A DNA stretch of 64,000 nt from an uncultured Bacteroidales bacterium (GCA_964477095.1 CAYZDA010000003.1:21650-85649); one strand, 5' to 3'; shown: positions 46,808 through 57,658, numbered from the stretch's first letter. Numbers and translations: made by a program. Notes: generated from the letters alone by a model not told the origin.

Positions 46808-47578
46808 TTACTGACCCTGGACAAAATAGTAGGTAATAGTACCGGTTTGTTCGTCAGGTGCATCATTTTTCTTACTGAAAGAAGAACGCAGTGCAGCCTG
46901 TTTAGCCAGCGAATACAGTTTTGAATCCGTAGTGGTACTGCCTTTTTGTCCCGGTTCGGCGCGCGTTACCAGTCCTTCCTGGTTCACCCATATTTTCACA
47001 ACTACTTTTCCCTGTTCCTGAAAGTTCTTTGAAGGCTCAGGTAATGATTTTGCATACCTGCCGCTAAGTTTGTAGTTGGGACCTCCGTTTCCACCCGAAG
47101 TACCTTCATGCCTTGAAGCATCAGGGCTTCCATCGGGTTTTCCCTGATCGCCCTGCTTGCCGGTGTTTCCTTCTGAGCCGCCTTCTGTCTGTGCGTTACC
47201 CGGAAACAGCAAGCGCTCATTCACCTGGCTTTCCTCCGGGCTTTGCCGCTGATTATCTGTGTTGGTAGTTTGATCTGACTGCTGGTTTTGTGATGTTTCT
47301 GAAATTACCGGTGCATCTTCAGTTCGCTGTGTGGCTACCTCCTCAGGTTGCTGATTTTGGGATGACTGTGATGTTGCGGGCTTGCTGGCAGGTTTTTTAG
47401 GTTGAACCTCGCCTGTTCCCTGATCATAATACCCAAGATTGATCTCCACACCTTTCTCTCCAGGCAACGGCAATTCAGTGGAAAATCCAAATATCAACAG
47501 GAGCACGAAAACAATCGCGTGAAACACAAGAGTGCCCACGAGACCGATTAAATTATTCTTGCTCCATTTGCTTTCCAT
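46808..47578 (-). CDS. Energy transducer TonB
   Basis: N-terminal TM anchor, a Gln/Pro/Ser-rich linker and a C-terminal TonB_C-like domain (KVVVKIWVNQEGLVTRA...GTITYYF). It follows exbB-exbD. Confidence 0.75.
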   Translation of the reverse strand: MESKWSKNNLIGLVGTLVFHAIVFVLLLIFGFSTELPLPGEKGVEINLGYYDQGTGEVQPKKPASKPATSQSSQNQQPEEVATQRTEDAPVISETSQNQQSDQTTNTDNQRQSPEESQVNERLLFPGNAQTEGGSEGNTGKQGDQGKPDGSPDASRHEGTSGGNGGPNYKLSGRYAKSLPEPSKNFQEQGKVVVKIWVNQEGLVTRAEPGQKGSTTTDSKLYSLAKQAALRSSFSKKNDAPDEQTGTITYYFVQGQ

Positions 47579-47604
47579 ATGATCAAAACGGTTTATAGTG
47601 CAGA

Positions 47605-48024
47605 TTATTTCGGTGCGGTGGCCAGAATCACTTTATGTCTGGCATCCGTTTCACTGTTTATGTCGTCCACAATATCAAAAATATTAACCACATACTGAAC
47701 CGCTACTGTTTTGTCAGACCGCACCACTACTGTACCCTGTTCTTCTTCAGCCAGCACATTAGAAAGGCTCATTCGCAGTTCGGGCAATTCTATGGGTTGT
47801 TCATCATTTGACCCGAGATAATACTGGTTATCCGGGGTGATGGAAACCGAAATTGTTTGCTTGGCGCGGGTTTTGCCTTCGCTTTGCGGCAGAAGCAGTT
47901 TAATGGCGTTGGGTGCGATCAGGGTGGAGGTTAGCACGAAAAAGATCAGCAACAGGAACACCAGATCCGACATGGACGAAAAGTTGAAAGATAATTCTCT
48001 TTTATTTCTGGTTCTGATAGCCAT
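47605..48024 (-). CDS. exbD: Biopolymer transport protein ExbD/TolR
   Basis: Family-typical N-terminus NFSSMSDLVFLLLIFFVLT. 139 aa. Confidence 0.85.
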   Translation of the reverse strand: MAIRTRNKRELSFNFSSMSDLVFLLLIFFVLTSTLIAPNAIKLLLPQSEGKTRAKQTISVSITPDNQYYLGSNDEQPIELPELRMSLSNVLAEEEQGTVVVRSDKTVAVQYVVNIFDIVDDINSETDARHKVILATAPK

Positions 48025-48039
48025 AACTATATTTTTTTA

Positions 48040-48753
48040 TTAAGCCGGTTCATGCAACAGGTCCATGAACTGAGTAGTGCGTGCTTCCAGAATAAACACA
48101 ACTTTTTCTATCCTGGCTACAAGAATATTATAAGCAATATAACCGATGATTCCCACAAACAGCCCGGCGAGGGTAGTGATCATAGCCTCATAAATACCAC
48201 CAGCCAGTGCATCAATTTCAATATTGTTGCCTGCCATGGCCATATTATGAAAAGCTTTGATCATTCCGGAAACTGTTCCCAAAAAACCAATCATAGGTGA
48301 CACTCCTGCTATGGTAGCCAGGGTGGCAATGTTTTTTTCCAGCTTTGAAACCTCGAGTTTTCCAACGTTCTCCACCGCCGCATTCACATCATTCAGGGGT
48401 TTACCAATTCGATTAATTCCTTTTTCAATCATCCTGGCAATGGGCGAATCATTGTTTTTGCATAAAGCCCTGGCAGAATCTATTTTCCCTTCATGCATGA
48501 AGTCACGGATGTTATTCATGAAGTTGGTTTCTTCCTTTGATGCTTTATTCAAACTGATATATCTTTCCACAAAAATGTAGATGGCGATCACCGACAATAT
48601 AGCCAGGGGAATCATGATCCAACCGCCTTTTAACATCAGCTCCCAGGCTGAAAGCGTAATCTCCCCTTCCTGAGTTGTGGCATCAGACATACCGCCAAGG
48701 GTATCCTGCGCAGCTTCCTGGGCTTTCAAAACAGTTAATAATATTCCACTCAT
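48040..48753 (-). CDS. exbB: MotA/TolQ/ExbB proton-channel protein
   Basis: Three TM helices and the conserved region GFLGTVSGMIKAF...AGGIYEAMITTLAGL. Confidence 0.9.
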   Translation of the reverse strand: MSGILLTVLKAQEAAQDTLGGMSDATTQEGEITLSAWELMLKGGWIMIPLAILSVIAIYIFVERYISLNKASKEETNFMNNIRDFMHEGKIDSARALCKNNDSPIARMIEKGINRIGKPLNDVNAAVENVGKLEVSKLEKNIATLATIAGVSPMIGFLGTVSGMIKAFHNMAMAGNNIEIDALAGGIYEAMITTLAGLFVGIIGYIAYNILVARIEKVVFILEARTTQFMDLLHEPA

Positions 48754-49007
48754 ATTTTTTCTTATTTATGACTGTAAAAGTACGCACTCATGTTATTCTG
48801 CTTTGTAAATGACTGTTGTTTTTTTGAACACAGGCATGTTAATATAACTGTGATGTAAAATTTTTATTTCACTAAAGCTCTGCTGATGCTAAATTATCCT
48901 GATTTACCGTAAAAAACAATCACCGTTTTAGCTGATGAAATCCAAAAGAGGATAAAAAGATATCATTAAAACCCGGAAAGTATCCCGTCTTTTTATATTT
49001 TTACACT

Positions 49008-50009
49008 ATGCCTAAGGTGTCAGTTATACTACCCTTCTACAATGCAGAAGATACATTGGATATGGCTATCCGAAGCATTATTCGTCAATCCTTTACGGAC
49101 TACGAGCTGGTATTGGTTAACAATAATTCTTCGGATGGAAGCCAGGCTGTTGCTGAAAAGTATTGCAGAAAAGATAAACGGCTGCAGCTGGTTTCAGAAG
49201 ATAAAAGCGGTATTGTACCTGCTCTTTTAACAGGATTCAGCCATTGTAGCGGTGAATATATTGCGCGGATGGATGCTGATGATCTGTGCTCACCTGACCG
49301 CCTTAAACTTCAGGCTGATTTTCTGGATAATAATCCAGAATTTGGGCTGGTCAGCTCCCAGGTGAGGCTTTTCCCTGCCAGTACTTCAAATATGGGATTG
49401 TGGCGCTACGTGAAATGGCAGAATGAAATCCTGAACCATGAAAATATGCTGGTGAAATGCTTTGTGGAATCACCGGTTGTGCACCCCAGTATTATGTTCA
49501 GAAAGGAAATTGCTGAAAAATACGGCTATGTGAAACAAGGTGACTTTCCTGAGGACTATGAGCTTTTTTTGAGGTGGCTGGACAAAGGTGTAGTTTTTCA
49601 TAAAATCAACAAAATCCTGCTTCACTGGCGTGATTCTGCAAATCGCCTTACACGCACCGATAAACGATACCGGCAGGAAGCCTTTTTCAGAGTGAAGATG
49701 GATTATTTGGTACAGTTTCTGAAAAAAAATAATCCGGCCCACCCGGAAATTTATGTGTGGGGTGCAGGAAAGTATGCCAGAAAAAGGCAGCAGCTTATGG
49801 AAAAAAAAGGAATAGTGATCAAAGCAGCTTATGAAGTTGATCCGGCAAAAGTGGACAACACTCACATATTCCATTATTCTGATATCCCGGAGCGCGGTAA
49901 TATCTTTATCGTATCACTGGTGTCGAATAAAGGAGCCGGCGATAAAATTAAGGAATATCTTAATTTTATTGGCTATGAAGAAGGAAAGGACTTTATCCTT
50001 GCGGGATGA
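49008..50009 (+). CDS. Family 2 glycosyltransferase with a C-terminal extension
   Basis: VSVILPFYNAEDTL start and the DxD region ARMDADD. Confidence 0.8.
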   Translation: MPKVSVILPFYNAEDTLDMAIRSIIRQSFTDYELVLVNNNSSDGSQAVAEKYCRKDKRLQLVSEDKSGIVPALLTGFSHCSGEYIARMDADDLCSPDRLKLQADFLDNNPEFGLVSSQVRLFPASTSNMGLWRYVKWQNEILNHENMLVKCFVESPVVHPSIMFRKEIAEKYGYVKQGDFPEDYELFLRWLDKGVVFHKINKILLHWRDSANRLTRTDKRYRQEAFFRVKMDYLVQFLKKNNPAHPEIYVWGAGKYARKRQQLMEKKGIVIKAAYEVDPAKVDNTHIFHYSDIPERGNIFIVSLVSNKGAGDKIKEYLNFIGYEEGKDFILAG

Positions 50010-50056
50010 CAATATCCCACCGCTATAATCAGTTAAATTACGGTATAAGCACACCT

Positions 50057-51598
50057 ATGAAAAGGGCAGTACAAATATTTATCCTGATGGTTATGATGCT
50101 GATCTCTGCCACAACTTCCGCCCAGGAAGAGGATAAAGAAAAGCAGAAAAAAACACGCATTGATATTGTTGACGGCGAGTTGATGCAGAAAATTGAGGAG
50201 CTGGGGCCTGATGTCATGCGCATCAGCGGAAATGTAATCTTCAAGCACGACAGTATGTATCTGTACTGCGACACTGCCTACTGGTTCAACAATACAAACA
50301 GCCTCAAAGCCTGGGGAAACGTACATATCAAGGTTTCTGATTCTCTGAACATATATGGCAAAGAGCTCTTTTACCACGGAGATAAGCATAAGGCTGAAAT
50401 GCGCGATGAAGTGAAACTGGTGGATAACCAGATGATCCTGACCACGGATTATCTGGATTACGACCTTGCTGAAAACGTAGGCAAATACACCGGCGGGGGC
50501 AAAATAGTGGATACTACCAACCAGCTTACAAGCAAGATAGGTTACTATTATGCTGACGAAAATGATTTCTTTTTCAAAGACAGTGTCAATTTGGTAAACC
50601 CACGCTATACCATGGATTCCGATACATTGATGTATAACACTTTAACCGAGATATCCTATTTCTTCGGCCCTTCCTATATCCGCTCGGACACTAACCTGAT
50701 CTATTGCGAAAACGGCTGGTATGATACCAAAAGTGATTTGGCACAGTTTAATGAAAATGCCATGCTCACCAACAATCGCCACAGCCTGCAGGGCGACAGC
50801 CTGTTTTATGACCGTAACCTCGGACTTGGCAAAGCCTTTAGAAATGTAATGGTCGTTGATTCTGTGCAGAACATTATTATACTCGGAGAATACGGACGAT
50901 TTCTTGAGGCCACCCATAACACCCTGATAACGGACAGCGCACAGGCCATACAGATCGATGATGGTGACTCATTGTTTCTTCATGCGGACACTTTGCGATA
51001 CCTGGGAGATACCATCAGGAAAGAAGGAAAACAGCTGTTTGCTTATTACAAGGTTAAGCTTTACCGTGTAAATCTTCAGGGAAAATGTGATTCGATGGTT
51101 TACAATGTAGAAGACTCTCTGATAAAGATGTATCATAATCCGGTAATCTGGTCAGGGAACAACCAGCTCTATGCTGATTATGTGAAGTTCTTTACCGGTA
51201 AAGGAAAATCAAAACGGATATACCTGGTGGGTAATTCCTACATGGCTGAAATGGATGCTGATTCGAGTAACTTCAATCAGGTTAAAGGCAAAAACATGTA
51301 TGGCTTTTTCAGGAATGATGAGTTATATAAAGTTGATGTGACAGGCAATGCACAGACAGTTTATTTTTACAGGGATGAAAATGAGCAGTTGATGGCTATA
51401 CATATTGCAGCGTCAAGTGATTTAAATATCAGGATAGATAATAAAAAAATCAGCAGCATAATCTATATGAAGCAACCAGATGAAAAAATATACCATCCAG
51501 ATAAGATCTCAGCTTCTGAGAAAAAGGTCAAAGGATTTATCTGGCACAATAAATCAAGACCAAAAGACCGGTTTGATATTTACCGTTGGGAAGAATAG
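50057..51598 (+). CDS. OstA/LptA-like repeat protein
   Basis: Signal peptide at the internal Met (MKRAVQIFILMVMMLISATTSAQ). It has repeated OstA-like beta-jellyroll motifs (GNVIFKHDSMYLYCDTAYW...AWGNVHIK...). Confidence 0.65.
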   Translation: MKRAVQIFILMVMMLISATTSAQEEDKEKQKKTRIDIVDGELMQKIEELGPDVMRISGNVIFKHDSMYLYCDTAYWFNNTNSLKAWGNVHIKVSDSLNIYGKELFYHGDKHKAEMRDEVKLVDNQMILTTDYLDYDLAENVGKYTGGGKIVDTTNQLTSKIGYYYADENDFFFKDSVNLVNPRYTMDSDTLMYNTLTEISYFFGPSYIRSDTNLIYCENGWYDTKSDLAQFNENAMLTNNRHSLQGDSLFYDRNLGLGKAFRNVMVVDSVQNIIILGEYGRFLEATHNTLITDSAQAIQIDDGDSLFLHADTLRYLGDTIRKEGKQLFAYYKVKLYRVNLQGKCDSMVYNVEDSLIKMYHNPVIWSGNNQLYADYVKFFTGKGKSKRIYLVGNSYMAEMDADSSNFNQVKGKNMYGFFRNDELYKVDVTGNAQTVYFYRDENEQLMAIHIAASSDLNIRIDNKKISSIIYMKQPDEKIYHPDKISASEKKVKGFIWHNKSRPKDRFDIYRWEE

Positions 51599-51617
51599 CC
51601 CGAAAGAAGAAACTGTT

Positions 51618-52604
51618 CTACTTTGATTCAGGATGCCTTGTTTTATTGGGATTTTTCCCAAACACTGAGAAATGCAGGTATCGCTGCGGATTCATGCGAA
51701 TATCCTTAACCAGATTATCCAGGCTTTTGGCCGAAGACTCCAGCTCATTATAAAGGCTGTCATTATTAATTAACTGCCCCATGGTTCCCTCTCCTTCTTC
51801 GATACGTTGGGTTACATCCTGAACATCTTTCAGTGTTTTAGAGAGCTCAGACATTGTAGCCCCAATGCGGGCCTGGGCAATGGTGTCAGTAATCTGCGCC
51901 AGGTTTTCAAACGTCCTGGTAACATTTTCATTATTATCACGGAGATTACGTGAGATGGAAGTAATATTAGCAATAATGTCGTTCAGGCGGCTTCCCTCAC
52001 GCAGAACCATCGAATCCACATTGCCAGTAGTGCTTTCCAGATTGTCGATGGTTCTTTTTATGCTGGAAAAACTCGCGCTTATATCATGCCTGGTTTCTTC
52101 ATTAAACACATAGCGGATAACTTCCAGGACTGAATCCAGCTCCAGCATCAGATTCTCAGCCTTCCTTTTCACAGGCTGCATTTGCAGATTTACTTCTTCC
52201 TGTATAGTGGTAGCCACTTCCGAGCGTAATGTATCGCCAACTTTCATATTCTTCTTTGAATCACCCAGGCGAAGGTTAATCATATTGGAACCTAGCAGAT
52301 CGCTTTCAATTTTTGCCACCGAATTCTGTGGGATTTCCATATCATTGTTCATGGTAAAACGTACCAACACCCGGTAATCGCCGGGAGCAACAGGAAAAAC
52401 TATTTCTTTTATCACACCTACCCTTACGCCGTTTGATTTTACAGGGTTGGATGAAGAAAGATTTTTCACATCAGCATAAATCGCGTAAAAATCCCTTTCC
52501 TCTCCAAACAACTTCGAGTTTGCCAGATAGGTATAACCCCAGATAAAAATAGCCAGTGCTGCAATTACCAACAGGGCTATGCGTATTTCTTTTCTCATTG
52601 TCAC
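51618..52604 (-). CDS. mlaD: MlaD/MCE-family protein
   Basis: N-terminal TM helix, an MCE domain (VKSNGVRVGVIKEI) and a long helical C-terminus. Confidence 0.75.
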   Translation of the reverse strand: MTMRKEIRIALLVIAALAIFIWGYTYLANSKLFGEERDFYAIYADVKNLSSSNPVKSNGVRVGVIKEIVFPVAPGDYRVLVRFTMNNDMEIPQNSVAKIESDLLGSNMINLRLGDSKKNMKVGDTLRSEVATTIQEEVNLQMQPVKRKAENLMLELDSVLEVIRYVFNEETRHDISASFSSIKRTIDNLESTTGNVDSMVLREGSRLNDIIANITSISRNLRDNNENVTRTFENLAQITDTIAQARIGATMSELSKTLKDVQDVTQRIEEGEGTMGQLINNDSLYNELESSAKSLDNLVKDIRMNPQRYLHFSVFGKNPNKTRHPESK

Positions 52605-52620
52605 TATTTTTAAAACAAAA

Positions 52621-53751
52621 TTACCGGGCTATTAGCTTTGATGCTTCACTTATGGATATTCTCTCTCCACCCCGAAAAGCAATTACAAATGCATCTTCGT
52701 ATCCCTGTTTCTGCATTTCATGTTGCAGTAAAACAGCATCATTCAAAGATCGTTCATTCCCTACATAATACTTATATAATCCATTCTGATAATATCGCTT
52801 AACCTCGCCTGCTTTTTGAAATTCCTCATCCCTGAATTCCCGTTTCTGTGTAGAAGTTGCAAACTGGACAGCGAATATCACGTTAGGTTCGTTTTCCTGT
52901 TTTTCCTGTTCTTTTCCGGGAGATTGTTTTTCCTTCTCCCTATCTTCTTCAGTAGTTTCCACTTCATCACTTTCCGATATGGCCTCCATCTCTTCCTTAT
53001 ATTCCCTGAAAGCTCTGAAAAGCGCTGAAGCAATATAATCCTGCCCCTGCTCCGAACCCAGAAACTTCTCTTCCTGCACATTGCTAAGAAAGCCAGCCTC
53101 CACGAGTATAGCGGGCATTGTTGTGCGCCAAAGCACAAGAAATCCAGCCTGCTTAACTCCCCTGTCGTAACGCTTCACTCTTTCCCTGAACTGATATTGT
53201 ACTTTCTCAGCCAGTTTTGCACTTTGTTGAAGATGGGTATTCTGATACAATGAAAAAATAATATGAGCCTCCGGAGAATTCGGATTAAACCCCTCATACT
53301 GGTGCTGGTAGTTATCCTCCAGCAGAATCGAGGCATTTTCCTGTTTTGCTACTTCCAGATTAGCATCATTTTTATGCGGCCCCATCACAAATGTTTCTGA
53401 TCCGTAGGGTGATGGAGAACCTACAGCATTACAGTGTAATGATATAAAAACATCGGCATTATTCTCATTGGCGATTTGTGAGCGTTTGTGCAACTCAACA
53501 AATTTGTCAGAGTCGCGGGTATAGACCACCTTTACATCTTTGTAGTTCTGGCGTATGTATTCCCCCAGCTTCAATGCGATCTTGAGCACAATGTCCTTTT
53601 CTTTGTAATGCAAGCCGACAGCACCCGGATCATGGCCTCCGTGTCCGGCATCAATTACCACCACATCAATATAGCGCTGAGCGTTGGCAGCGGCCCAGGG
53701 TAAAAATATCAGCAGAATGATTATACCAAATTTTCGCATCTTACGTTTCAT
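52621..53751 (-). CDS. N-acetylmuramoyl-L-alanine amidase (Amidase_3) with a C-terminal SPOR domain
   Basis: VVIDAGHGGHDPGA zinc-site motif, ISLHCNA, an acidic linker and a C-terminal SPOR-like region (IFAVQFATS...YYVGNERS). Confidence 0.85.
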   Translation of the reverse strand: MKRKMRKFGIIILLIFLPWAAANAQRYIDVVVIDAGHGGHDPGAVGLHYKEKDIVLKIALKLGEYIRQNYKDVKVVYTRDSDKFVELHKRSQIANENNADVFISLHCNAVGSPSPYGSETFVMGPHKNDANLEVAKQENASILLEDNYQHQYEGFNPNSPEAHIIFSLYQNTHLQQSAKLAEKVQYQFRERVKRYDRGVKQAGFLVLWRTTMPAILVEAGFLSNVQEEKFLGSEQGQDYIASALFRAFREYKEEMEAISESDEVETTEEDREKEKQSPGKEQEKQENEPNVIFAVQFATSTQKREFRDEEFQKAGEVKRYYQNGLYKYYVGNERSLNDAVLLQHEMQKQGYEDAFVIAFRGGERISISEASKLIAR

Positions 53752-54005
53752 CAGTTTAACATCATTTTTAATCCCTTTTCCTGTCCTTGGCTTAATCCAT
53801 TAATTTAATTCTGAAGGCAGCATATTACTTTGGATGAAAAATGATTAGTTTTGAATTTTTTTATACGCATTTTTTAAATTACTTGATACAAATATACAAA
53901 CCATCAGGGAAGAATTCACCAAATTAAGCTTAAATTCATCAGGAAGAATTGGAAAATATTTGTAGCATAGAAAGCCGGCCATTGAGTGAAGCAAATTGTA
54001 TTCAG

Positions 54006-56669
54006 ATGAATATGATCCTGAAAACACTGCTTTTCGCTGCTTTAATATTTTTAGCTCTTCCATCATTTTCCCAGGTTCCGGATACGATTCCCCCCCCGGT
54101 TCGGGATTCAATTACTGCTGCTGGTATCTACCAAAATGATACCATACCTCCGGATACCATTAAAGAGGAAGTTCAACAACAAAAAAGTTTTATGCTAGAG
54201 GATGTGATTGTTTATACATCTTACGACTCTTCCAAAATTGATTTTACCAAAGGCAAGGCATATCTTTTTGGCAATTATAATATGTCAAAAATATCTTATC
54301 AGGATATTGTGTTAGAGGCTGGTTATATCGAAATTGATTTTAACAGGAAAGAACTTTATGCCCGTGGTTTTACCGACTCAACAGGTAAGGTAATACATGC
54401 CCCGATTTTTCAGGAAGGAGATAAAAAATACGAATCCGAGGAGTTGCGCTACAATTTTGATACTAAGAAAGGATTGATAACGGGTGTTTTCACAGAAGAA
54501 GGCCAGGGTTACCTGCACGGACACAAGGTGAAGAAAAGTGAAGACAACAGCGCCTGGATTCAAAAGGGTAAATATACCACCTGTAATCTTAAGCATCCCC
54601 ATTACCAGGTGCAGTTCCAGAAGGCACGTGTTATACCTTCGGATAAGATCGTCACCGGCCCTGCAAACCTGATCATTGAGGATGTTCCCACTCCTGTTTG
54701 GATTCCTTTTGGGATTTTCCCCAATAAAAAGGACAGAGCAAACGGCTTGCTCCCACCCAGTGTGGGAGAATCTGGCAATCGGGGATTTTTTCTCAAGGGC
54801 CTGGGTTATTACTGGGGACTTGGAGAGCATATGGATCTGGCTTTGCGGGGCGATATATATTCTCGCGGCAGCTGGGCGGTTAATCTGGCTTCAAATTACG
54901 TGGTCCGCTACAAATATAGCGGAAGCCTGGGCCTGGATTACTCCTATAACCGGTTTAATGATAAAGGTGATCCGAATTTTTCAGAAGAAAAAGAATTCTT
55001 TATCCGTTGGAACCATCAGCAAAGCCCAAAGGCCCGGCCTAATTCTTCCTTTAGTGCTTCAGTGAATGCCGGTTCGAGCGAAAGCAACAAGTTTAATCCC
55101 TCCAGCACGCAAGAATATCTTAGAAACGACTTCACATCCAGCATCAACTATTCTACTGTTATCAATGGAAAGTATTCATTTTCTAGCAGTTTCCGGCATA
55201 ACCAAAACACACTTAATAACCAGGTAAAACTTACATTACCACAAATCAGCTTCTCTGTTCAGCGTTTTTATCCTTTAAGAAGAAAAGAAAAGGTAGGTGA
55301 ACTCAAGTGGTATGAAAACATTACCATGAGTTATAATTTAAATGCAGAAAACAGTATCACCACCTACGATAGTATATTTTTCCAAAGCAGATTCAAAGAT
55401 TTTAACAACGGGATGCAACACACGATCCCCATCAGTTCAAACCTAAAGGTTTTAAATCATTTTAACTTCAACAACACAATCACACTGAATGGCTACTGGT
55501 ACCTGAATTCAATACGGCAAAGATGGAACAATGATATTTCAGTAATTAATGGTGATACCGTGATGGGATATGTGGAAACCGATACGCTCATAGGGTTCAC
55601 CCAGGGTTATGAGTACCGCTACTCCTCTACTTTACACACAAAGCTTTACGGCATGATTCAGATGAAAAAAGGCCTCCTCAGAGCAGTGCGCCATGTATTA
55701 ACTCCATCAATATCCTTCAATTACAGACCCGACTTCTCAAATCAGAAATTCGGATATTATTATCATTATCTGGACGGTAATTCCAGAAGACCTGTTCAGT
55801 ATTCCATATTCAGCGAAGGAATCTACGGGGGCCCGCCCAGCGGGACACAGGGAAGTGTAAACTTTAGCCTAAGTAATAACCTGGAAGCAAAAATCAGAGA
55901 CCGACAGGATACCGTTAGTGGCACCAGGAAAGTAGTGCTGATTAAAACCATGAATGCTACAATGGGTTATAATCTTGCTGCCGATTCGCTTAACTGGTCA
56001 ACCCTTAATGTAAATGCAAACACCCGCTTATTTGACGAAATCGATGTGCGGTTCAACGGAAGCTGGGATCCATACGCACTCAATGATAAAGGCCAAACAA
56101 TTGATGTCCTGGAATGGGACAAAAATGGCAGGCTTTTCAGAAGAAAGAATAATATGTGGCACTTTGATGTTTCATACAGGATTAGCTCTGAAACGCTTGC
56201 GCAAAACAAAACCACCAAAACCAAAGTAAAGGAGGTAAAACCAGACCTGGAACAGAGTGAAGATATCCCTCCGATGGAAAACCAAAATCCTGCCACCGGG
56301 CAATCAGCGGATTTCACCAATAAATGGGATCTTGGCTTTCATTATACCCTTACACACAACATTGATTATATAAACAATAAGCAAACGACTGAATACGAAA
56401 CCATCCAGTCATTAGGTTTTGATGCCAATATTCAGCTCACTGAAAAGTGGAAAATAGGTATGAAGTCTGGCTGGGACTTTGAGCGGAATCAGCTAACATA
56501 CACCTCAGTAAACATATATCGCGACCTGCATTGCTGGGAGATGATGTTCAACTGGATTCCATTCGGGTTCAGAAAAAGCTATAATCTCACCATCCGGGTT
56601 AAAGCACCGGCCCTGCAGGATATGAAGCTTACCAAGCGTAAGAGTCATCTGGATTATTATAACCCCTGA
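54006..56669 (+). CDS. LptD-like LPS-assembly outer-membrane protein
   Basis: Signal peptide at the internal Met MNMILKTLLF. It has an OstA-like N-terminal domain (YTTCNLKHPHYQVQFQKARV) and a large C-terminal barrel, about 890 aa as in Bacteroidota LptD homologues. Confidence 0.65.
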   Translation: MNMILKTLLFAALIFLALPSFSQVPDTIPPPVRDSITAAGIYQNDTIPPDTIKEEVQQQKSFMLEDVIVYTSYDSSKIDFTKGKAYLFGNYNMSKISYQDIVLEAGYIEIDFNRKELYARGFTDSTGKVIHAPIFQEGDKKYESEELRYNFDTKKGLITGVFTEEGQGYLHGHKVKKSEDNSAWIQKGKYTTCNLKHPHYQVQFQKARVIPSDKIVTGPANLIIEDVPTPVWIPFGIFPNKKDRANGLLPPSVGESGNRGFFLKGLGYYWGLGEHMDLALRGDIYSRGSWAVNLASNYVVRYKYSGSLGLDYSYNRFNDKGDPNFSEEKEFFIRWNHQQSPKARPNSSFSASVNAGSSESNKFNPSSTQEYLRNDFTSSINYSTVINGKYSFSSSFRHNQNTLNNQVKLTLPQISFSVQRFYPLRRKEKVGELKWYENITMSYNLNAENSITTYDSIFFQSRFKDFNNGMQHTIPISSNLKVLNHFNFNNTITLNGYWYLNSIRQRWNNDISVINGDTVMGYVETDTLIGFTQGYEYRYSSTLHTKLYGMIQMKKGLLRAVRHVLTPSISFNYRPDFSNQKFGYYYHYLDGNSRRPVQYSIFSEGIYGGPPSGTQGSVNFSLSNNLEAKIRDRQDTVSGTRKVVLIKTMNATMGYNLAADSLNWSTLNVNANTRLFDEIDVRFNGSWDPYALNDKGQTIDVLEWDKNGRLFRRKNNMWHFDVSYRISSETLAQNKTTKTKVKEVKPDLEQSEDIPPMENQNPATGQSADFTNKWDLGFHYTLTHNIDYINNKQTTEYETIQSLGFDANIQLTEKWKIGMKSGWDFERNQLTYTSVNIYRDLHCWEMMFNWIPFGFRKSYNLTIRVKAPALQDMKLTKRKSHLDYYNP

Positions 56670-56676
56670 TAAAATA

Positions 56677-57147
56677 TTAACAGTATATCAGTTCAGCTAT
56701 TCTGGAAAGCCATTGGGCATCAGTTTGATCAAAAGATTCCAGCTCCTTGCTGTCTACATCCAGCACGGCTGCCATCATACCTTTGTTATCATACACAGGC
56801 ACCACCACCTCTGACTTCGATCTGGAGTCGCAGGCTATATGTCCGGGAAATTTTTCCACATCAGGAACCACCACAGGCTCTGAGCTGTTAACAGCAAACC
56901 AGCAAACACCTTTGTTTTTTTCAAGCTTCATACAGGCAAGCGGCCCCTGGTAGGGTCCCACGGTGAGTTCGCCATGGTCCAGCAGGTAGAAACCTGTCCA
57001 GAAGAAATTCTTCATCTTATGATGGAGCACGGCACAAGTGCTGGCCATACGTGACATTGGATTGTCACAGCTATGGAAATGCTCTTGCAGCTGCCTGTAA
57101 ATACGTTCATACCTCGCTGCTTTTTTGTCCATATTTTCTGTATTCAC
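56677..57147 (-). CDS. GAF-domain protein, free methionine-(R)-sulfoxide reductase-like
   Basis: 156-aa GAF fold with Cys-containing motifs KGVCWFAV and GHIACDSRSKSE, resembling fRMsr (YebR/MsrC). Confidence 0.6.
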   Translation of the reverse strand: MNTENMDKKAARYERIYRQLQEHFHSCDNPMSRMASTCAVLHHKMKNFFWTGFYLLDHGELTVGPYQGPLACMKLEKNKGVCWFAVNSSEPVVVPDVEKFPGHIACDSRSKSEVVVPVYDNKGMMAAVLDVDSKELESFDQTDAQWLSRIAELIYC

Positions 57148-57177
57148 ATGTTTGGGGCGACTAAGATAATATTCCTG

Positions 57178-57579
57178 TCATTTATCCAGCTCAAGGTTTT
57201 TGAATATATGCTGATACTTCCCTGCATCAGCGCCATAGGATTCCACTTTTTTACCGTAAATACGGTAGGTGCTCTCCTCTCCAGCCACGCGTGAAAAGCA
57301 TACCTCGTAATTATGTCCGCTGTCATCTTCCATTTCCACCTTAACCAGATCGCTGTGGCGTTCGCAGTCGAGTGATTTCTGACATAAAGGGCAAAAGAAA
57401 CTGAATTTATCGCCCACATCAAACCTGAATGGCAACTTATTTTGCGGGCCATATTCCCCAAGGCGTGTACTAAGTTGCAGCAAAGCCCTGTTTTTATTTT
57501 CGTTTTCCACCAGAAAAACGATGTTTCCGTTTTGTGTCAGAACACCTTTGCAATGGGGGCATTTATAATTCTTTTCCAT
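57178..57579 (-). CDS. Hypothetical zinc-ribbon protein
   Basis: 133-aa ORF with CPHC...CPLC pairs (four-Cys ribbon). No family recognised. Confidence 0.5.
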   Translation of the reverse strand: MEKNYKCPHCKGVLTQNGNIVFLVENENKNRALLQLSTRLGEYGPQNKLPFRFDVGDKFSFFCPLCQKSLDCERHSDLVKVEMEDDSGHNYEVCFSRVAGEESTYRIYGKKVESYGADAGKYQHIFKNLELDK

Positions 57580-57658
57580 AATTACTCCTTTTATTTGAAT
57601 TTAAAAATATAACAAAATCAACCGGATCGCAAGCAAAAAGCTGCTTATAATCAACAAC

